A DNA stretch of 64,000 bases. It comes from Camelus dromedarius. Its lineage: Eukaryota. This document shows positions 51,180 to 63,594 of the stretch, piece by piece; position 1 is the stretch's first letter, and each line of letters opens with the position of its first letter. The position numbers and the translations under genes were made by a program. The stretch spans positions 117,120,001 through 117,184,000 of the forward strand of contig NC_087437.1 in NCBI RefSeq assembly GCF_036321535.1, given 5' to 3'. The notes below the pieces were generated by a model. The model had not been told where the DNA came from. It saw only the letters and a list, made by a program, of their open reading frames with translations, and did no database searches.

Positions 51180-51758
51180 GTAGGTTAATGTAAAAAAAGG
51201 GTATTGGGTGTTCTTATACTATTTTTATTTTTTGCAAATCTTCTCGGGTTGGAATTGTTTTAAAAATTTTTTTTAAAAAGAAAGAGCTAATGACAGTTTT
51301 ATTTACAGACAAATTTCTGGACATAGCACAAAACCTGTGAAAATTTGAGGTCGAAATGAAGTTTATTGCACTAATAACAAGAAGATTAATTTTTAACCTA
51401 CTGAAATTTGCCTATTCAGAAGGGCAAATTAGCAAAACAAAGAGACTGAAATAAAAACATTTTAAAGGTTATTTGGTTCTAGCGATATTTTTCTAAAATT
51501 GACATGAAATTCACATAACATGCAATTAACCATTTTAAAGCACACAATCCAGTGGCATTTGTACATTCACAATGTTGTTCCATCATCGACTAGCAATAGG
51601 AATCTTGTTGCCTTTAAAGACAATTTACCATTTGCATTTCAAACTTTTGCATAAATGCTTTTTTTAAAAACAAGTAGAACAAGTTTAACAAGTTAAGAAA
51701 AACAGCAAAATAGCTCAAATTACAATCTGTTATATTTTCTTTCTGATTAGCTTCCCCC

Positions 51759-51760
<2 letters not shown>

Positions 51761-51814
<54 letters not shown>
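51761..51814 (+). repeat. (CA)27 microsatellite
   Basis: Perfect dinucleotide run just past the RNF6 pseudogene stop. Confidence 0.97.
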
Positions 51815-51817
<3 letters not shown>

Positions 51818-51872
51818 ATGTTTGAATATTGAGCTACACTGAAAAGCAATTTTCTAAGAGATCCTCATAACT

Positions 51873-54348
51873 TCACTCATCGTTAGCTATCTTAGACCCT
51901 AAAACAGGCTGCTAACATGTAGACAAGTCCAGGCCTCTGACAGCCACTGGGCAATACGACTGCTACAAAATTTGTTTTTAGTTTGTACTAAGTTACTGAG
52001 ACAAACACCACAGATTTTACTTAATTTACTCTGAATATTGATGTACCCCTAGTTCCTGGTGGAAAGACTTGTCAGTTTGCTCTCTAAGCCAGCCCTGTAT
52101 GTGATCATCATCATCATTTTCATTTAGTAAAACCAAGTGGGCAAAGCTCAGAGTAGGTACATTCAGTTCCCGCTGACGTGTTTCTTCTCTTTATGCCCTG
52201 TTTTCCCTGGTTTGGGAATAGTTGAGGCGATCTCGTTTTCACCTTGCATCTCAGTGTTGCCTCCTGGGTGTGCCTGTCTTGAGAAGAATCTGCCTCGTGT
52301 GGGCAGCCGTCAGTCACTGACCCTGCCCTTCAATTCTCGGCGCGTCTCTGGTCCCTGCTGACATTCCTGAGTCTCTGACCGAGACTTGGTTTTTGTTAGA
52401 GAATTCATTTCTGCAGTCTCAGTCATGATTGGTTTAAAATTGACATAAAAGCCACTGATACAGAGCTTGCTAAACCCATCCCCTGAAGTCCCATGAAGAG
52501 GGATTGTTATATTCTGTCAGAGGTTCCAAGATCTGTCTGTTCTGAACAAGAAATGCTTTGACGAAAGCCCCCAGTGGTGTTTCTATTTTCTGCCAGTCTT
52601 GCTCTGGGCTGAAATCCATTTGTAACACTGTCCCAGTCTTTATCTTCCATGGGATGGATGCTTTTTCCTTTCTTTCTTTTTTTCTTTTTTAACTTGACAT
52701 CTTCTCTGAGACTTGCATGGTGTTGGCAGCAGCTGTGACTTGCTAGATTCTTTTTCTTTTTTCTGCTGATATACTTGACTCAAGTCTTGAATTAAAGAGT
52801 GGGGTACTCTTATCTGCCTCTAAAAAGTGAGAGTTATGCCTCTTCTCCTAACAGACTTTCTGAAGTTCGTGTAAAGATCTACCTTCCCTTTGTGAATTAC
52901 ATTCCTCAGAATAAACACTGACACTCTGTTTGTGAACAGCTTTGGTTACTGAAGGTGGACCATAACCTTATTGGCTATAGTCTTTGGACTGTATTTCTCA
53001 CTGTAGTATTAATTCTAGCACTATTTTTTCCAAACGTGCTACTCTAAATGGTTGTCCCTCCTTTCAGCTGAATTCACTACTACCTGATTGGTTTGTCTGA
53101 CCACTCAAATCAGCATGTGGGACGTCTGGGAACTGCTTACTGATCTACCCCCAGTTCCATTTCTAGTCTTCCAAATGTTCGGAAGGATTCGTCTACTGAA
53201 TTTTGCTGTTTTGAACCACCTTTAAATCTAGTCTTTGGAATGTTCTATTGCCATCGGGAATCACTGAGGCTTGGGTCCTTGTTTGCCTACCCTGAGGACT
53301 ATTTGATCTTTGATGCCTATTTTTAGTATCATCTCTGCTGGCATCTGACTGTTGAATGCCTGTATGTTGATCAGGATTTCAAATCCAGTTTTTTTTTCAT
53401 GATTTATGCTGATTTCCAGGTGAAATCAATACTCCTCACTGGATTTGTTCAACTCACAGATCTCAAAATTTGACTTCTATCTTGTTCATGTCAAGTGTTT
53501 AGACATGTTAACACACAAATCTCCATGATAACTTTCTTTAGGGGCTCCTCAGTCTCTGGTGTGGGCGCCAAGCTTCCTATTTCTCAGCTGAGGCTGAGCT
53601 GAGGCATGTGCCTTGACTCATCTAACAGCTGTTGTAGTGCTTCTGATTATTTCCTCAGTGGTGCCTGAAAGCTCATTGTCTCGCTCTGATACTTCAACAC
53701 CAAGTTCATGAATAAACTGGGTTCTTCTGTGTGAAGCTGCTCTTGCTATCATCTTGGTTCTTTTTCACAATGATTATGGTCTTAAAGTATTCAGAATAAT
53801 GGTTTCCCCTGCACCCTCCCCGACCAAATTGTCCACATTCTATTCTCCAGAACCTATGAATATGTTACTTTATGTGGCAAAGGGACTTTGTAGATGTGAT
53901 TAAGCTAAATATTTTTAAATGGGGAGATTATCCTAGCTTATCCATATGGATCCAGTGTAACCGTAAGGAGTCTTATAGAGTGAAAGAGAGACACAGGAGG
54001 GTCAGAGAAGATGTGACAATGGAAGCAGAAGTCAGAGTGGCATGATTGCTGGCTTTGAAGATGGAAGAGGGTCACAAGATAAGGGCAGGCAACCTCTACA
54101 TGCTATAAAAAGCAAGAGAATGAACTCTCCCACAGAGCCTCCAGAAGCATCACAGTCCTGCTGCACCTTGTTCTTAGCCAAGTGAAAGGCGGTCTATATG
54201 GACTTCAGACCTCCAGAATTGTACAACAATAAATTTGGGTACTTTTAAGCCGCCAAGTTTGTTGTACATTGTTACAGCAGCAAAAAGAAACTAATACATT
54301 TTGAGATGAGCTTTGTTTACTACCTTAACTGGATCTACACTGATTCAT
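51873..54348 (-). pseudogene. RNF6P1: Processed pseudogene of RNF6 (RING-H2 E3 ligase), disabled and split by an LTR; probable orthologue of human RNF6P1
   Basis: Minus-strand translation gives MNQCRS (ATG 54348), DHNHCEKEPR**QEQLHTEE..QFIHEL, HEADSSQDRHTQ, FAHLVLLNENDDDDHIQG, KICGVCLSN, WLSE, QPVLGSKIANDE* (TGA 51875-51873), colinear with recalled RNF6; no introns; many stops and frameshifts. Confidence 0.85.
53788..54298 (+). mobile_element. MLT1(C/D)-like LTR inside the RNF6 pseudogene
   Basis: CAGAATAATGG..GGCAAAGGGACTTTGTAGATGTGATTAAG..GTTACAGCAGCAAAAAGAAACTAATACA. Confidence 0.85.
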
Positions 54349-55479
54349 ACTGAGATGTCCTGGCTTTCATATTTTCTTTCCACATGTTAGTGGACTAATT
54401 CAACCTTCAATTGTTAGTGCTCTTTTTGAGAGTTGCCCAAATGAAATAGAGAGCTGAGTTGATCAAAGTAGGTTGCTTTTGCAGGCCAGGTACTGCTGGC
54501 CTTCTCCCACCACTGTTGCACAGTCAAGGAGACTCTCCAATGTTTTTGTCATATTCTTGCCTCATCAGGAATTGATGATCCTCCTCCTAGGGGGATGTGG
54601 TACTGGGGTGGGGTATGTTAGGGGTGGGGAGAAGTCCACACTCTCTCCTGCCTAAAAGGCAGAGGCTGGGGGAGTGGAGACAGGAGGATCTACCATCACT
54701 TTTCAAGAGGTGGTTTCTACTTCCAATTCTTCTAAACCTCTGGTGGGTAGAGGAGCTAGTAGCCTGGCTGCAGCTTTGGATGGTCCAGCTGGAAGGGAAG
54801 GCTGTGGAGAGAAGGAGGCTGCAAGCCTGTCTTTTGTTTTGGCCAGTTCAGCCTCACCTACAAGTCAAGAAACCTTTCCATGGAAAAAATTCACTCTACT
54901 CATTTTGAATAGCTTCACGTTACATGTTTTCTTCAATCAGAAACGTATAGAACCACAGCTCACTGATTATTTTGTTTGGGAATTAGTTCTCGGACTCCAA
55001 CCACGGCAGAAGAGGCAGCTAACCATCTTTTGCTTTATTTACTGTATGTAAACGTGAATTGGAATACTTTTTCTGTAAAACTTCATCTTCACCTAAATAT
55101 GGGTTACTTCACCACAGGCTGAATGTAAACAGTGCCTTTTAAATTAATACTTATTTTTTGGGTATGCAGTTTTGTAAATTTCTTATATTTATTACAGTGT
55201 TTAGTTTTGAAATGTAAACCCTAACTACTTACTAACAACTACCTACGAAACGTTTTTCTTTTTATGGTTACTTGCTACTACAATTACGGTAGTTTTCTAT
55301 TTATAGAAAGGTTTACTTAAAAATAAATATTTATTTAGGAATAAAGGTGAATCAGTTTAAAGGACATATTAATTACATAATGACACAACTGGTTTGCAGA
55401 TACAACAAAGCTCGAGAGACGGTAGCAGCGCAAACACCAAATTTTATAAAGCAGGTTCAGCCTGGGTGATGGGGGCGCA

Positions 55480-55940
55480 GCGGGAAGGCTACGGAAGCCG
55501 GGAAGGCCAAGGGGGAGGCTGCAGTTAAGCAGGATCTGGAGGAGAAGCCGGCCCCGCCTCCCCGAGTGCGGCGTAAAGCGCAGGCGCGGCGGCCTGCCTT
55601 CGCGGGCGCTGGGCTCACTGCGCAGGCGCGGCCGTCGGCGTGGGCCCCATGGAGCTGCTTTAGCTGAGCCGGCGCCGCCGTCAGCTTGCGAGATGAGCGC
55701 GGCTGAGGCCGACCGCTGGGCGTGGCTGCTGGTGCTCAGCTTCGTGTTTGGGTGCAATGTACTCAGGATCCTCCTCCCGTCCTTCTCCTCCTTCGTAAGT
55801 GGCTGCTTGGCCCTTCAGGGGCCGGTGGGCTCTCCGCCTCAGTCCCTGGCGAGCCTGATGTGGACACAGATAAGGGTCTCAAACTGGCCTGTTGAGGGCC
55901 GGATTCGGCCTGCGGAGGCCTCTTGGTTGGGCCGTTCTGT
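55480..55940 (+). promoter_or_regulatory. GET1 CpG-island promoter
   Basis: CpG-rich; NRF1-type GCGCAGGCGCG at 55578-55588 and 55619-55630; ETS-like CGGAAG motifs near 55490-55505. Confidence 0.85.
55693..55794 (+). CDS. GET1: GET1 (WRB) coding exon 1 (MSAAEADRWAWLLVLSFVFGCNVLRILLPSFSSF), first TM helix
   Basis: Matches recalled WRB/GET1 N-terminus; 102 nt then TTC|GTAAGT donor. Confidence 0.96.
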
Positions 55941-57029
55941 TTTTTAAGGTATTTTTGAGGTAGTTGCTAGCGTCTAACAGCTGTAAAGTTTTACTCTCAA
56001 ATCCGGATTTCTGGATTATTGGGGAGAAGAAAAGAAATACCTGGCAACACTCGGCCACGTTTTCACGTGGCAACCCTCCCCAGGCTGAAGTTCCCAGTGC
56101 CCTGCCAGCCGCGCTCACTTCCGTTTCCCCTGGTCCCTGGGGGCATCGAGCAGCCTTGGGCTGCTGGGGGCCAGTGCCTGGGGCAGGACGGGTCCAGGGC
56201 TCCCTCGCATGCGGTGTTAGCTGTGCCATGTCCTGGAGGACGGACGCATCTCAAGTGCACGGGCCCCCATTCTTGGGGGGTGGGGTGGGGTGAGAGACAG
56301 TGTAGACAGAGTCAGTGCTTTGTGATGTTTCCTGTACCTGAAGGAGCGACGGGCGCTTTGCCCATCATGAGCACTTTACCTCGTGTCCAGTTGCCACAGC
56401 TGCAGTGGCTGTCGTCTCATCTTCGTCACCTCTCGGAGGAGGTGTCTGACTCAGTCTAGTAGTTGTGCTAAGTCATCAAGCTAGTAGTGACTGTTGGGGT
56501 GGAGATTTGATCCTTGGTTTGTGATTCTCCGTTTGTGATTCTCCTCGGTCTGCCCTGCTTTTTGGAGCATGAATGGGGGTTTTGGTGGCAAATTTGATGG
56601 GAGGTGTGTAGGGGGAACATAGGGGGCTGATCCCTGGGGAAGGGCGCCCTCTGTATGCCCACGGTGGCACTGAAGGACTGACTCGGAGACTTCAAAGATG
56701 GGGTGTACATGTAGCAGTGTCCTTGGAACTCAGTTCTGCCGCTTTTCTTTCCTGGTATAAAGTAGTGGTGGTGGGGTATTTAAGACTAGGCAGGATTTCT
56801 ACTTTATGTTTCACCCTGTTGGTATCCATTGAGTGCCTGTTTTGTGTAAAAACTCTGTTCTAGGACCTTACCACTCAGGTTCTCCTGAGGCATAAGGCAT
56901 TCTCTCTTAATGCTATCCCCCCCTCTTCAGATTCTTTCCTTATTTTACTTTGTCTTTAAGATGATGTCCCAAGCATTTAGCATGGCATAAAAGACTCCTG
57001 AAGAGCAAGCCCTTGCCCACCTGTCTTCT

Positions 57030-58040
57030 TATTAAAAAAAAATTGTGGTAAAATATACATAATAAAAGTAACCATTTTAACCATTTTTAGGTGTATATAT
57101 AGCTCAGTGGCATTGAGTACATTCACATTGTTGTGCAATCATCACCACCATCCATTTCCAGAACTTTTTTATCTTCCTCAACTGAAACTCTGTCCACATT
57201 GAACACTGACTCCCAGTTCCTCCTTCCCCCAGAGCCTGGCAGCTACTATTCTACTCTGTCTTTATGAAGTTGACTACTCCAGGCACCTCATATAAATGAA
57301 ATCATATAATATTTGTTCTTTTATATCTTGCTTATTTCATTCAGCATAATGTCCTTAGGGTTTGTAGCCTGTGTTAGGATTTCCCCTTCTTTTTGAAGCT
57401 GAAAAATCCATTGTGTGTATATACCACATTTTGTCTGTCCATTCATCTTTTGATGGCCATTTGGGTTGTTTCCACCTTTTGACTATTGTGAGTAATGATG
57501 CTAGAATGTTGATGTACAAGTATTTATTCGAGTCTCTGCTTTCAGTTCTTTGGGTAAATACCCAGAAGTGGAATTGCTGGATCATATGGTAATTCTATTT
57601 TTAATGTTTTTGTGAAACTGCCATACTGTTTGCTGGAGTGGCTGCATCATTTTACATCCTCATCAACAATGCGCAAGAGCCCCAATTTCTCATTCTCCAA
57701 CACTTGTTTTTTTAGATTTTTTTTTATAATAGCCATCCTAATGGATGCAAGTGGCATCTCATTGTGGTTTTGACTTGTGTTTTCCTAATGATTGGTGATG
57801 TTGAACTTCATTTCATATGCAACTATCTATATTTTGAAAAATGTCTTTTTGGGTCCTTGGCCCACTTTTTAATGGGGCTTCAGGAGCTGTCCCTAGGGGA
57901 AGGGTGCCCTCTGGGGGCCCACATTGAATGTGAGGGGCTGTGTTTTTGTGGCTGAGTTAGGAATTCTTTATATAGTCTGGATGTTAACGCCTTATCAGCT
58001 ATATGATTTGCAAATATTTTCTTTCATTCTGTGGGTTGCC
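57030..58040 (-). mobile_element. L1MB-like 3' end in GET1 intron 1
   Basis: ORF 57355-57585 (IVKRWKQPKWPSKDEWTDKMWYIHTM) is L1 ORF2 C-terminal; L1MB-like 3' terminus. Confidence 0.88.
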
Positions 58041-59139
58041 TGCCCATCTTTCTTGCAACGTCACCTCCATTCTTTCTACCAACCCCATTTCACCTGATAT
58101 TGGAACCACATACGCAGCTAGTCTCAATTGTTCAAAGAGGCTGTGTTGGTTTTGTATTCCTCTATGAATTGTTGCTAATTTCTCATAAGCGGAGGGGGAA
58201 GGAGGAGTGTGTTTGCGGTATGGCAGCGGCTATAAATAAGACCTGTCATCATCTCTGGCTCCTTTGCCAAGGCTACAGCAAACCTGCGCTCCAGCACACT
58301 CTCCTAAGAAGCTACTACTGCAGCCTGCACATGCACGAGGCTCGTACCTATCAGGGTGGCTGTCATTTAGGTGAAAGAGCACTGGGTTCGCCCTTAGACC
58401 TGTGTCCGGCCTGTGCCGCATCCTACAGGCTGTACGGCCTCTCCAACCTCAAACCAGTTAGCTTCCTAAACCTGCTTCCCCTTGGTTGTAACACGGTTTG
58501 GTCAGAGTTGTTAGCCAGGTTCAAAAGCATAACATTATTCTAACCGAGTACAGTCCCTGTTGTTGGCCTTCAAACCGGAAAAGTAATAAAGAGATCTGTT
58601 CCCCCTGGTCACTGGGTTTGTGCTGAGGGTCAGTGAAAAGCTGTAGGGAACGCACCGGTCCCGTGTAGCGTGAAATGCTGCCCCTGCACGGCCACTGGAG
58701 GCCGCCCCGTCAGGAGCTCTGATGTGAGGATGCAAGGGGAGACTCCGGATAAGCAGTTTGCCTGGGAATGTGCCATGCCGGTACTTCAGCCGTAACCTTA
58801 CCCCCAGCCAGAAGCAGGGGAGGGGCGCGCCACCCCACTAGTCAGGCAGGCCCTTGAGGAGATCTCTCAAGTATGAGAAGTCCTCACTTCAGCAAAGCGC
58901 TACAAGGACCTGGGTTGGGATCTCAGCCGAATACTGGGGTGCGGTGTTGGGGCGTGGATACGGACACCCAGTCCTTAGTGTTCACTTGATTAGAATTTTC
59001 CTGAGAGTTCTTAATTTTTTCCCCTTCAAGCTGGTCACAGGACACATGGATGAGAAAGCTTGGTTCATGTATGCGATCCAGGACTTTTCTACAGCCAAAG
59101 GCGTGGGAGGAAGGGACAAAAACGACCCTGGGTAGCACT

Positions 59140-59460
59140 GTGCTGCGCAGGTCCCCCCAGATCTGGCGTGGCAAAGGGCGAGAGAGGGTCCTAGTGAGCC
59201 ACGTCCCCTGCGCAGGCGCCCCAAAACCTATGCGCTGGAGGGCGAGCCGCGTGCACTGCGCAGGCGCCCTAGGCTTGGCGTGGTGGAGGAGGGGTGAGGG
59301 TCCGGGAGAGCCAACCCGGCGCAGGCGCCCCAGGACCAACGGGCAGGAGGGCGGCCTGCAGGCCCCGGCGAGCCATGTGCACTGCGCAAGCGCCAACGGC
59401 CCCTCCCTCACAGACCAGCGTGTTACGGTCTTTGCACACGGGCACCGCGCAGGCTTCCGT
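59140..59460. promoter_or_regulatory. Intronic CpG-rich array of six NRF1-like motifs in GET1 intron 1
   Basis: GCGCA(G/A)G(CGC) cores at 59144, 59209, 59257, 59318, 59383, 59446, spaced about 48-65 nt. Confidence 0.7.
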
Positions 59461-60713
59461 TCTGGGAGTGATTTGTGTGGCTGACCACCACTTTTATATT
59501 TGACTTCAAAATTACTCTTAGTTTTCTGCTCTGAAAAGTGGCCGCCTCCCTTTCCCTTTAGGGGCCTGGGTCACTGAGGTGAGGGGTGGACACTGCAGGA
59601 CCTGCCACTGCGGGTCTTCCTGAGACCCTCCCCGTTTCCAGGGAGCACGTCGTCTAGGGAGGTCTTGCTGTGGACCAGGCATGAGGATGGGCCCCAAGTA
59701 TTAGTTGAGGAGATGACAGGAGGGGGCGATGGGGGTTGAGTACTCACGAGCAAGTGGGGCCTGGCTGATGGGGTCTTCCACGTGTGGGAGACCAGTGCCG
59801 CGAGGAGGGGGTCTGACTTGGTGGCCCTGGCCACGGGTGACATGTGGGCCTGTTCTGGGTCTGCAGCTTGGCAGGGGCCTTGGCCCTTTCCCGGGGTAAG
59901 GAGTCGGCCCCCGGTGTTAGGGACACACCTGAGCGTGTCATTGCCAGGGGCCCTTGCCGTTTTCCAAGAGGGACGAGCCTTCGAGCTGTAAGTGTCCTGC
60001 ACAATGTTCACATGGGTCTGGTCCAGCGAATTCCAGCCAGTGAGTGGTGGAATGAGGATTTAAACCTCCCCAGTGTGACCCCAAGTTCAAGTCCTGGCAT
60101 TTTGTTGGCAACGAGAATGTCGAACTTGGACAGGATCCTGAGGGGGATGCTGTGAGCTCACACCAAACAGCCAGCATCTGGGGACAAGAGTTACAGAAGG
60201 ATTGGTTCTGCCCTTGTTTTCTCTCTAGATTCTCTGACCAGCCCATCATTTTGATAAGAATTTTAAAAAACTTACTGCTTTAGAGTTCTTTGTGAACCCA
60301 TCTCCAGGTCCTTGAAAAGCTATACCCCATACAGCTTATCTTTTCCTGTAAAGCGGGAGATTTAATACACTTCTGAGTACATAAAACTTCAGAGATTTAT
60401 TTTTGTTTTAAAAATTAGTATTAAGAATACATTTACATTCAAATCTTATTAAATCTTACAATTCAGTTAGTAATTCTGGTATATTTTAATGGTCATTTAT
60501 AAAGAACTCTTGGATTAATGTTGGTACCTACTGGCAAACACTTTTCAAAGTTTTTTTCATACCTCTTAATGCAATCCCCCACCCCCACCCCAGAGCACAA
60601 TTGCCTGATTTTAACTATAGATCTTTTCGGTTGCCTTCAAGTTTATTATCCCACCTTCGTTCACCTTCCACTCCTGAGTAACCAGTTTTAACCAGTTTTT
60701 AATTGTTTTATGT

Positions 60714-61155
60714 ACAGTGTACCTTGGAGATACTGAGGGTTCAGTTCCAGACCACTGCAGTAAAGTGAGTATCACAGTAAAGCGAGTTACACACTTTTCG
60801 GTTTGCCAGTGCATATAAAATTCACGTTTACACTATACTGTGATCTGTTAAGTGTACGATAGCGTTATGTCTAAAAACCCAGTGTACCTACCTTAATTAA
60901 AAAATACTTCATTGCTAAAAAAAATGCTAACCGTCTGAGCCCTCAGCAAGCTACAGTAGTAACATCAAAGATCACTAATCACAGATCACTGTAACAAATA
61001 TAATAATAATGAAAAAGTTTGAAATAGTATGAGAATTATCAGAATGTAACAGACAAGAAGTGAGCAAATACTGTTGGAAAAATGGTGCGGATAAACTTGG
61101 TCAATGTAGGATTGCTCCAGGCCTTCAATTTGTTAAAAAAAAAATTGTGAAGCAT
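60714..61155 (-). mobile_element. Internally deleted Tigger1 derivative (Tigger1a-like MITE)
   Basis: Both recalled Tigger1 ends present (TACCTTGGAGATACTG..GGTTCAGTTCCAGACCAC and GTAACATCAAAGATCAC..CCTTCAATTTG) with no transposase between. Confidence 0.8.
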
Positions 61156-63260
61156 AGCCTATTTTCTCTGTAGTGCTTATGTGTTTGCCCCTCTATTTCT
61201 TTTTAAATCCTAGTTTTAAAAGTCAGGCTTACTGATGTGTAATTTATATTCAACAAAATGCGCTTCTCGTAGGTGGGCAGTTTGATGAGTTCTGGCACAC
61301 ATAATCAGTAAAACAACCATCAAAACAGGATAATATCTCTGTCACCTCCAAATGTCCTTTCCCCACCTGTTTCTTGATTTACAAAGTTTAAGCAGCATCT
61401 GTAGAGTCCTTGCTCATTAAGATCATTCTCTGATTTTTAAGGATAATTTGCCTCATTCCTATTTTCTTCTCAGGGTGGATCAGGTTGGAGTTTATGTCCT
61501 TTAGTTAGAATGTTGGGTTGTGGTCAGTCCAGGACAAAGGGGAGAAGGCAGAGCCGAGTTTGAAGACCCCCTACTCCAGGCTTGGGGCCTGCAGGAAGTG
61601 GCACAGTGGTGAACACACCGTACTACTGCGCAGGTGCCCTCTGGAGACCAAAGGGCCTCGTTGCGCAGTCCCTGGACTGGCCTAGGAGACCCGCAGGAGG
61701 GGCTCCCCAGCTGGAACTGCAAAGTCGCCCTACTGTGCACCAGGCTGAGGGGACCGGGAGCTAGAGGGACAGGCTCACTTATTGTTGACAATAATAACTG
61801 TCAGTTGAGAGACTCACTTGCTATGTGCCAGTACACTTAAATATATTATCCTCTTTCATCTTTTTTATTAATATATTAAAAAATTTTTGAAACAAAGGCA
61901 AATGTGCAGAAAAGTTACGCATACAATACAAAGAACTGGTTTTGTTTCCTGAGCCGTTTGTGAGTAAGCTGTCAGTCTGAGCGCCCTCTTTCTCTGATAC
62001 TTCAGTGTCTAAGCAGGGGCCTTGCCCGCAGTACAGCCGTCAGGTACATTCCTGCTATCTGGATCAGGGTTTCTCCTCCCAGCGACGTCCTCTGGAGCAG
62101 AAGGACCGCAGTCAGTACTGTGCGTTGTACATGTTTGTCAAGTCTCTTCAGTCTAGAAGGAGTCTGGGTTTTTCCTTGGCTTGCATGGGCTGACATTTCC
62201 GAGTATCAGAGGGCAGTGATTTTGCTGAATGACGTTCCGTGGGCATCTCTGTCCGATGTCTGGTGGGGATGTCACATACAGGATGCTGTGTTCTCATTGC
62301 ACCTCATCAGGTACTGTGGGCATTGATTTGGGCATGTACACTCATCATTAGGGGCAGGTGCCTGAGGAATTTTCAGTCCCCATGAGGCTGCCAGTGGACC
62401 TCCCCGCACCAGTGCGCTCTTGTGGTCTTCTTGCTCTCCTGGGACCCACACCTGTCCCCATGGTTTGTCGAGCGCCACCTGGCAGCCACTGCCATCTGGA
62501 GCCCCGCCACAGGTAGTGTTATGGCAGGTGTTGTGTGTGGGTGGGTGCATGGGGGATGCATCTGGGGACTGCGCGGCGGTGACCTTCACACTCGGGTCCG
62601 AGTCCGCTACACCTGGGGAGGGCGCCTGGGCCGGCTGTCTCCCATGTGGGGCCTTGCTGTCAGAAGTGCCACTTCACAAACATTTATGCCTGTTGTTTCC
62701 TCTGTGTATCTGTGGAAAACAACGAGTTCACCCCATGTTTCCTATTCTAACCCGGCACCACAGGGCTCACTCTAGTTCTCTCCCGATCCTTATTTCCAAC
62801 TCCCTTTTCTGACAGCGAGAACACTGGCTCCCCTTTTCCTCAGTGTGTTTACTTGACTTACTCAGTTCTTTGTAACTGATCTGCCACCTCCACTACCTCC
62901 TCCCCAGTATGGATGCCCGCTGCCCCTCTGGGCTCTGACAGAGTGTTCTGCTGGGTGCCTTCCTCCCCTCACCCTGACTCTCGTCCCAGGCAGCCCCTCT
63001 GCGGGAATACCCTCCCCACTGCACCACCAACTCATCCCTGACATCTGCCATCCTGAAGGGAAGAGAATGTACGGTCCTTGTCACCTGAATGCAGCTCTGA
63101 GAATGGCATCGGTTTTCACTTTATAATCACAATTTTACACCTAAAGTGAAGGATACGTGTGTACGGGAGCCATGCATGGACATACATGCGAAAGGAAAAA
63201 CATAGCTGAGTAGAGACTCGCCTGGGAGGGAGTTCTTGTTTTTGTGGTTGTTGTGGGTAG

Positions 63261-63290
63261 CAGGACCAGGACCAGGACCAGGACCAGGAC
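63261..63290 (+). repeat. (CAGGAC)5 hexamer repeat
   Basis: Five perfect copies about 140 nt upstream of GET1 exon 2. Confidence 0.95.
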
Positions 63291-63428
63291 GAGGCAGCAG
63301 AGCCTGGCTCTGGAGGTAAAGGGCAGCTTGCCCAGCAGGAAGGAGCAGCGGGGTAGCATGGTGGAGGAGGTGAGGGGAAGGTGTACCCCACGTGGAAAGG
63401 CACCAATCCCAGCTGTTTACTCCCCCAG

Positions 63429-63594
63429 ATGTCCAGGGTGCTGCAGAAAGATGCAGAGCAGGAGTCCCAGATGCGGGCAGAGATCCAGGACATGAAGCAG
63501 GAGCTCTCCACTGTCAACATGATGGATGAGTTCGCCAGATACGCCAGGCTGGAGAGAAAGATCAACAAGATGACGGATAAGCTCAAAACTCATG
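63429..63594 (+). CDS. GET1: GET1 (WRB) coding exon 2 (MSRVLQKDAEQESQMRAEIQDMKQELSTVNMMDEFARYARLERKINKMTDKLKTH+1 nt), cytosolic coiled coil
   Basis: tcccccag acceptor; peptide matches recalled WRB including DEFARYARLERK; similarity ends at CAT G where the donor reads GC, not GT (see findings). Confidence 0.93.

Noticed and set aside
54473..55051. ORF cluster between the RNF6 pseudogene and GET1
   Set aside because: Could not match to any protein; non-ATG starts
59140..59460. Regularly spaced repeats resembling a CRISPR array
   Set aside because: Mammalian intron, degenerate units, no cas genes; better explained as an NRF1 motif array
63116..63586. 156-aa antisense ORF over GET1 exon 2
   Set aside because: Shadow of the coding exon plus the CAGGAC repeat (SWSWSW)
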